Source: Nitratidesulfovibrio vulgaris str. Hildenborough (GTDB lineage: Bacteria > Desulfobacterota > Desulfovibrionia > Desulfovibrionales > Desulfovibrionaceae). From it: a stretch of 32,000 bases of DNA. The notes under the pieces were generated by a model that saw nothing but the letters and a program-made list of their open reading frames with translations, was not told the origin of the DNA and ran no database searches. The stretch is taken from assembly GCF_000195755.1 (NCBI RefSeq), contig NC_002937.3, forward strand, positions 1,530,001-1,562,000, read 5' to 3'. Positions 31,773 to 32,000 of this stretch are shown here, piece by piece. The translations under genes and the position numbers were made by a program. The stretch's first letter is position 1; each line of letters opens with the position of its first letter.

Positions 31773-32000
31773 GGGGCACCTCCTGGAGGGCGATGGTGCG
31801 AGAATGTGCGGTCGCGCCCGCTGCGTTGTCTGCGCCGAGGGCGGCAAGGGTGATGGCCTGCGACGCCTCTGCCGCACGCACCATCTCGTTGCGCAGCGAT
31901 TCGGTAGCCGCCGCGCCCTGCCGCACCTGCTGTGCGTTCTCGATGAGCAGCACGGGCAGCCACGCCAGCGAGCATCCCCACTCGTCGATGTCCGCCCCGG
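31765..32000 (-). CDS. C-terminal end of a phage structural (tail-fibre-like?) protein; the gene continues beyond the right edge
   Basis: I translated this frame, and it is open from the window edge: ...GADIDEWGCSLAWLPVLLIENAQQVRQGAAATESLRNEMVRAAEASQAITLAALGADNAAGATAHSRTIALQEVPHA*. It is translationally coupled to the downstream assembly-like gene. Confidence 0.4.
   Translation of the reverse strand, partial: GADIDEWGCSLAWLPVLLIENAQQVRQGAAATESLRNEMVRAAEASQAITLAALGADNAAGATAHSRTIALQEVPHA

Noticed and set aside
1-32000. CRISPR arrays, IS elements with terminal inverted repeats, integrase/recombinase genes and rRNA genes.
   Set aside because: On reading the sequence I saw no regularly spaced repeat/spacer array, and no transposase or integrase motifs in any ORF. 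Nothing resembled an rRNA gene.

Overview
This is a high-GC chromosomal segment (about 63% in spot counts). Its gene content and order look like a Desulfovibrio-type sulfate reducer; that assignment is inferred from memory, not searched.

Positions 1-26.3 kb are tightly packed housekeeping genes, mostly on the minus strand:
- a partial response regulator, dtd, an acyl-CoA ligase and ispDF
- RNase P RNA (rnpB), a COG1579 zinc-ribbon protein, a NIF3-family protein and tRNA-Met(CAU)
- trxB, cheZ and tilS
- a sirC / ccsA(hemX)-like / hemA operon
- two glycosyltransferases, argB and hslU (with no hslV)
- htrA, an S1-domain protein, parvulin, hsp20, a Lon-like protease and an orphan phoU

Many long ORFs in the track are antisense shadow ORFs, or lie across rnpB or the tRNA. 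These are rejected.

From about 26.4 to 31.2 kb the composition breaks down into a mosaic accessory island that abuts the tail-gene end of a prophage (31.26 kb onward). The island contains:
- about 640 nt with no convincing long CDS, ending in a strong intrinsic terminator
- a possible 42-aa Cys-tailed small ORF
- a same-strand four-gene cluster: a secreted protein, a SAM-methyltransferase-like orphan, a DUF1848-type Cys-cluster enzyme and a membrane double zinc-ribbon protein
- a convergent secreted SNase-type nuclease
- a very AT-rich block with a G8 tract
- a 24-aa hydrophobic mini-ORF

The best candidate for an undescribed system is the AT-rich, translationally coupled methyltransferase-like / DUF1848 pair and its operon (27.1-30.1 kb). 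All functional calls rest on motif recognition by eye. No database search was run.
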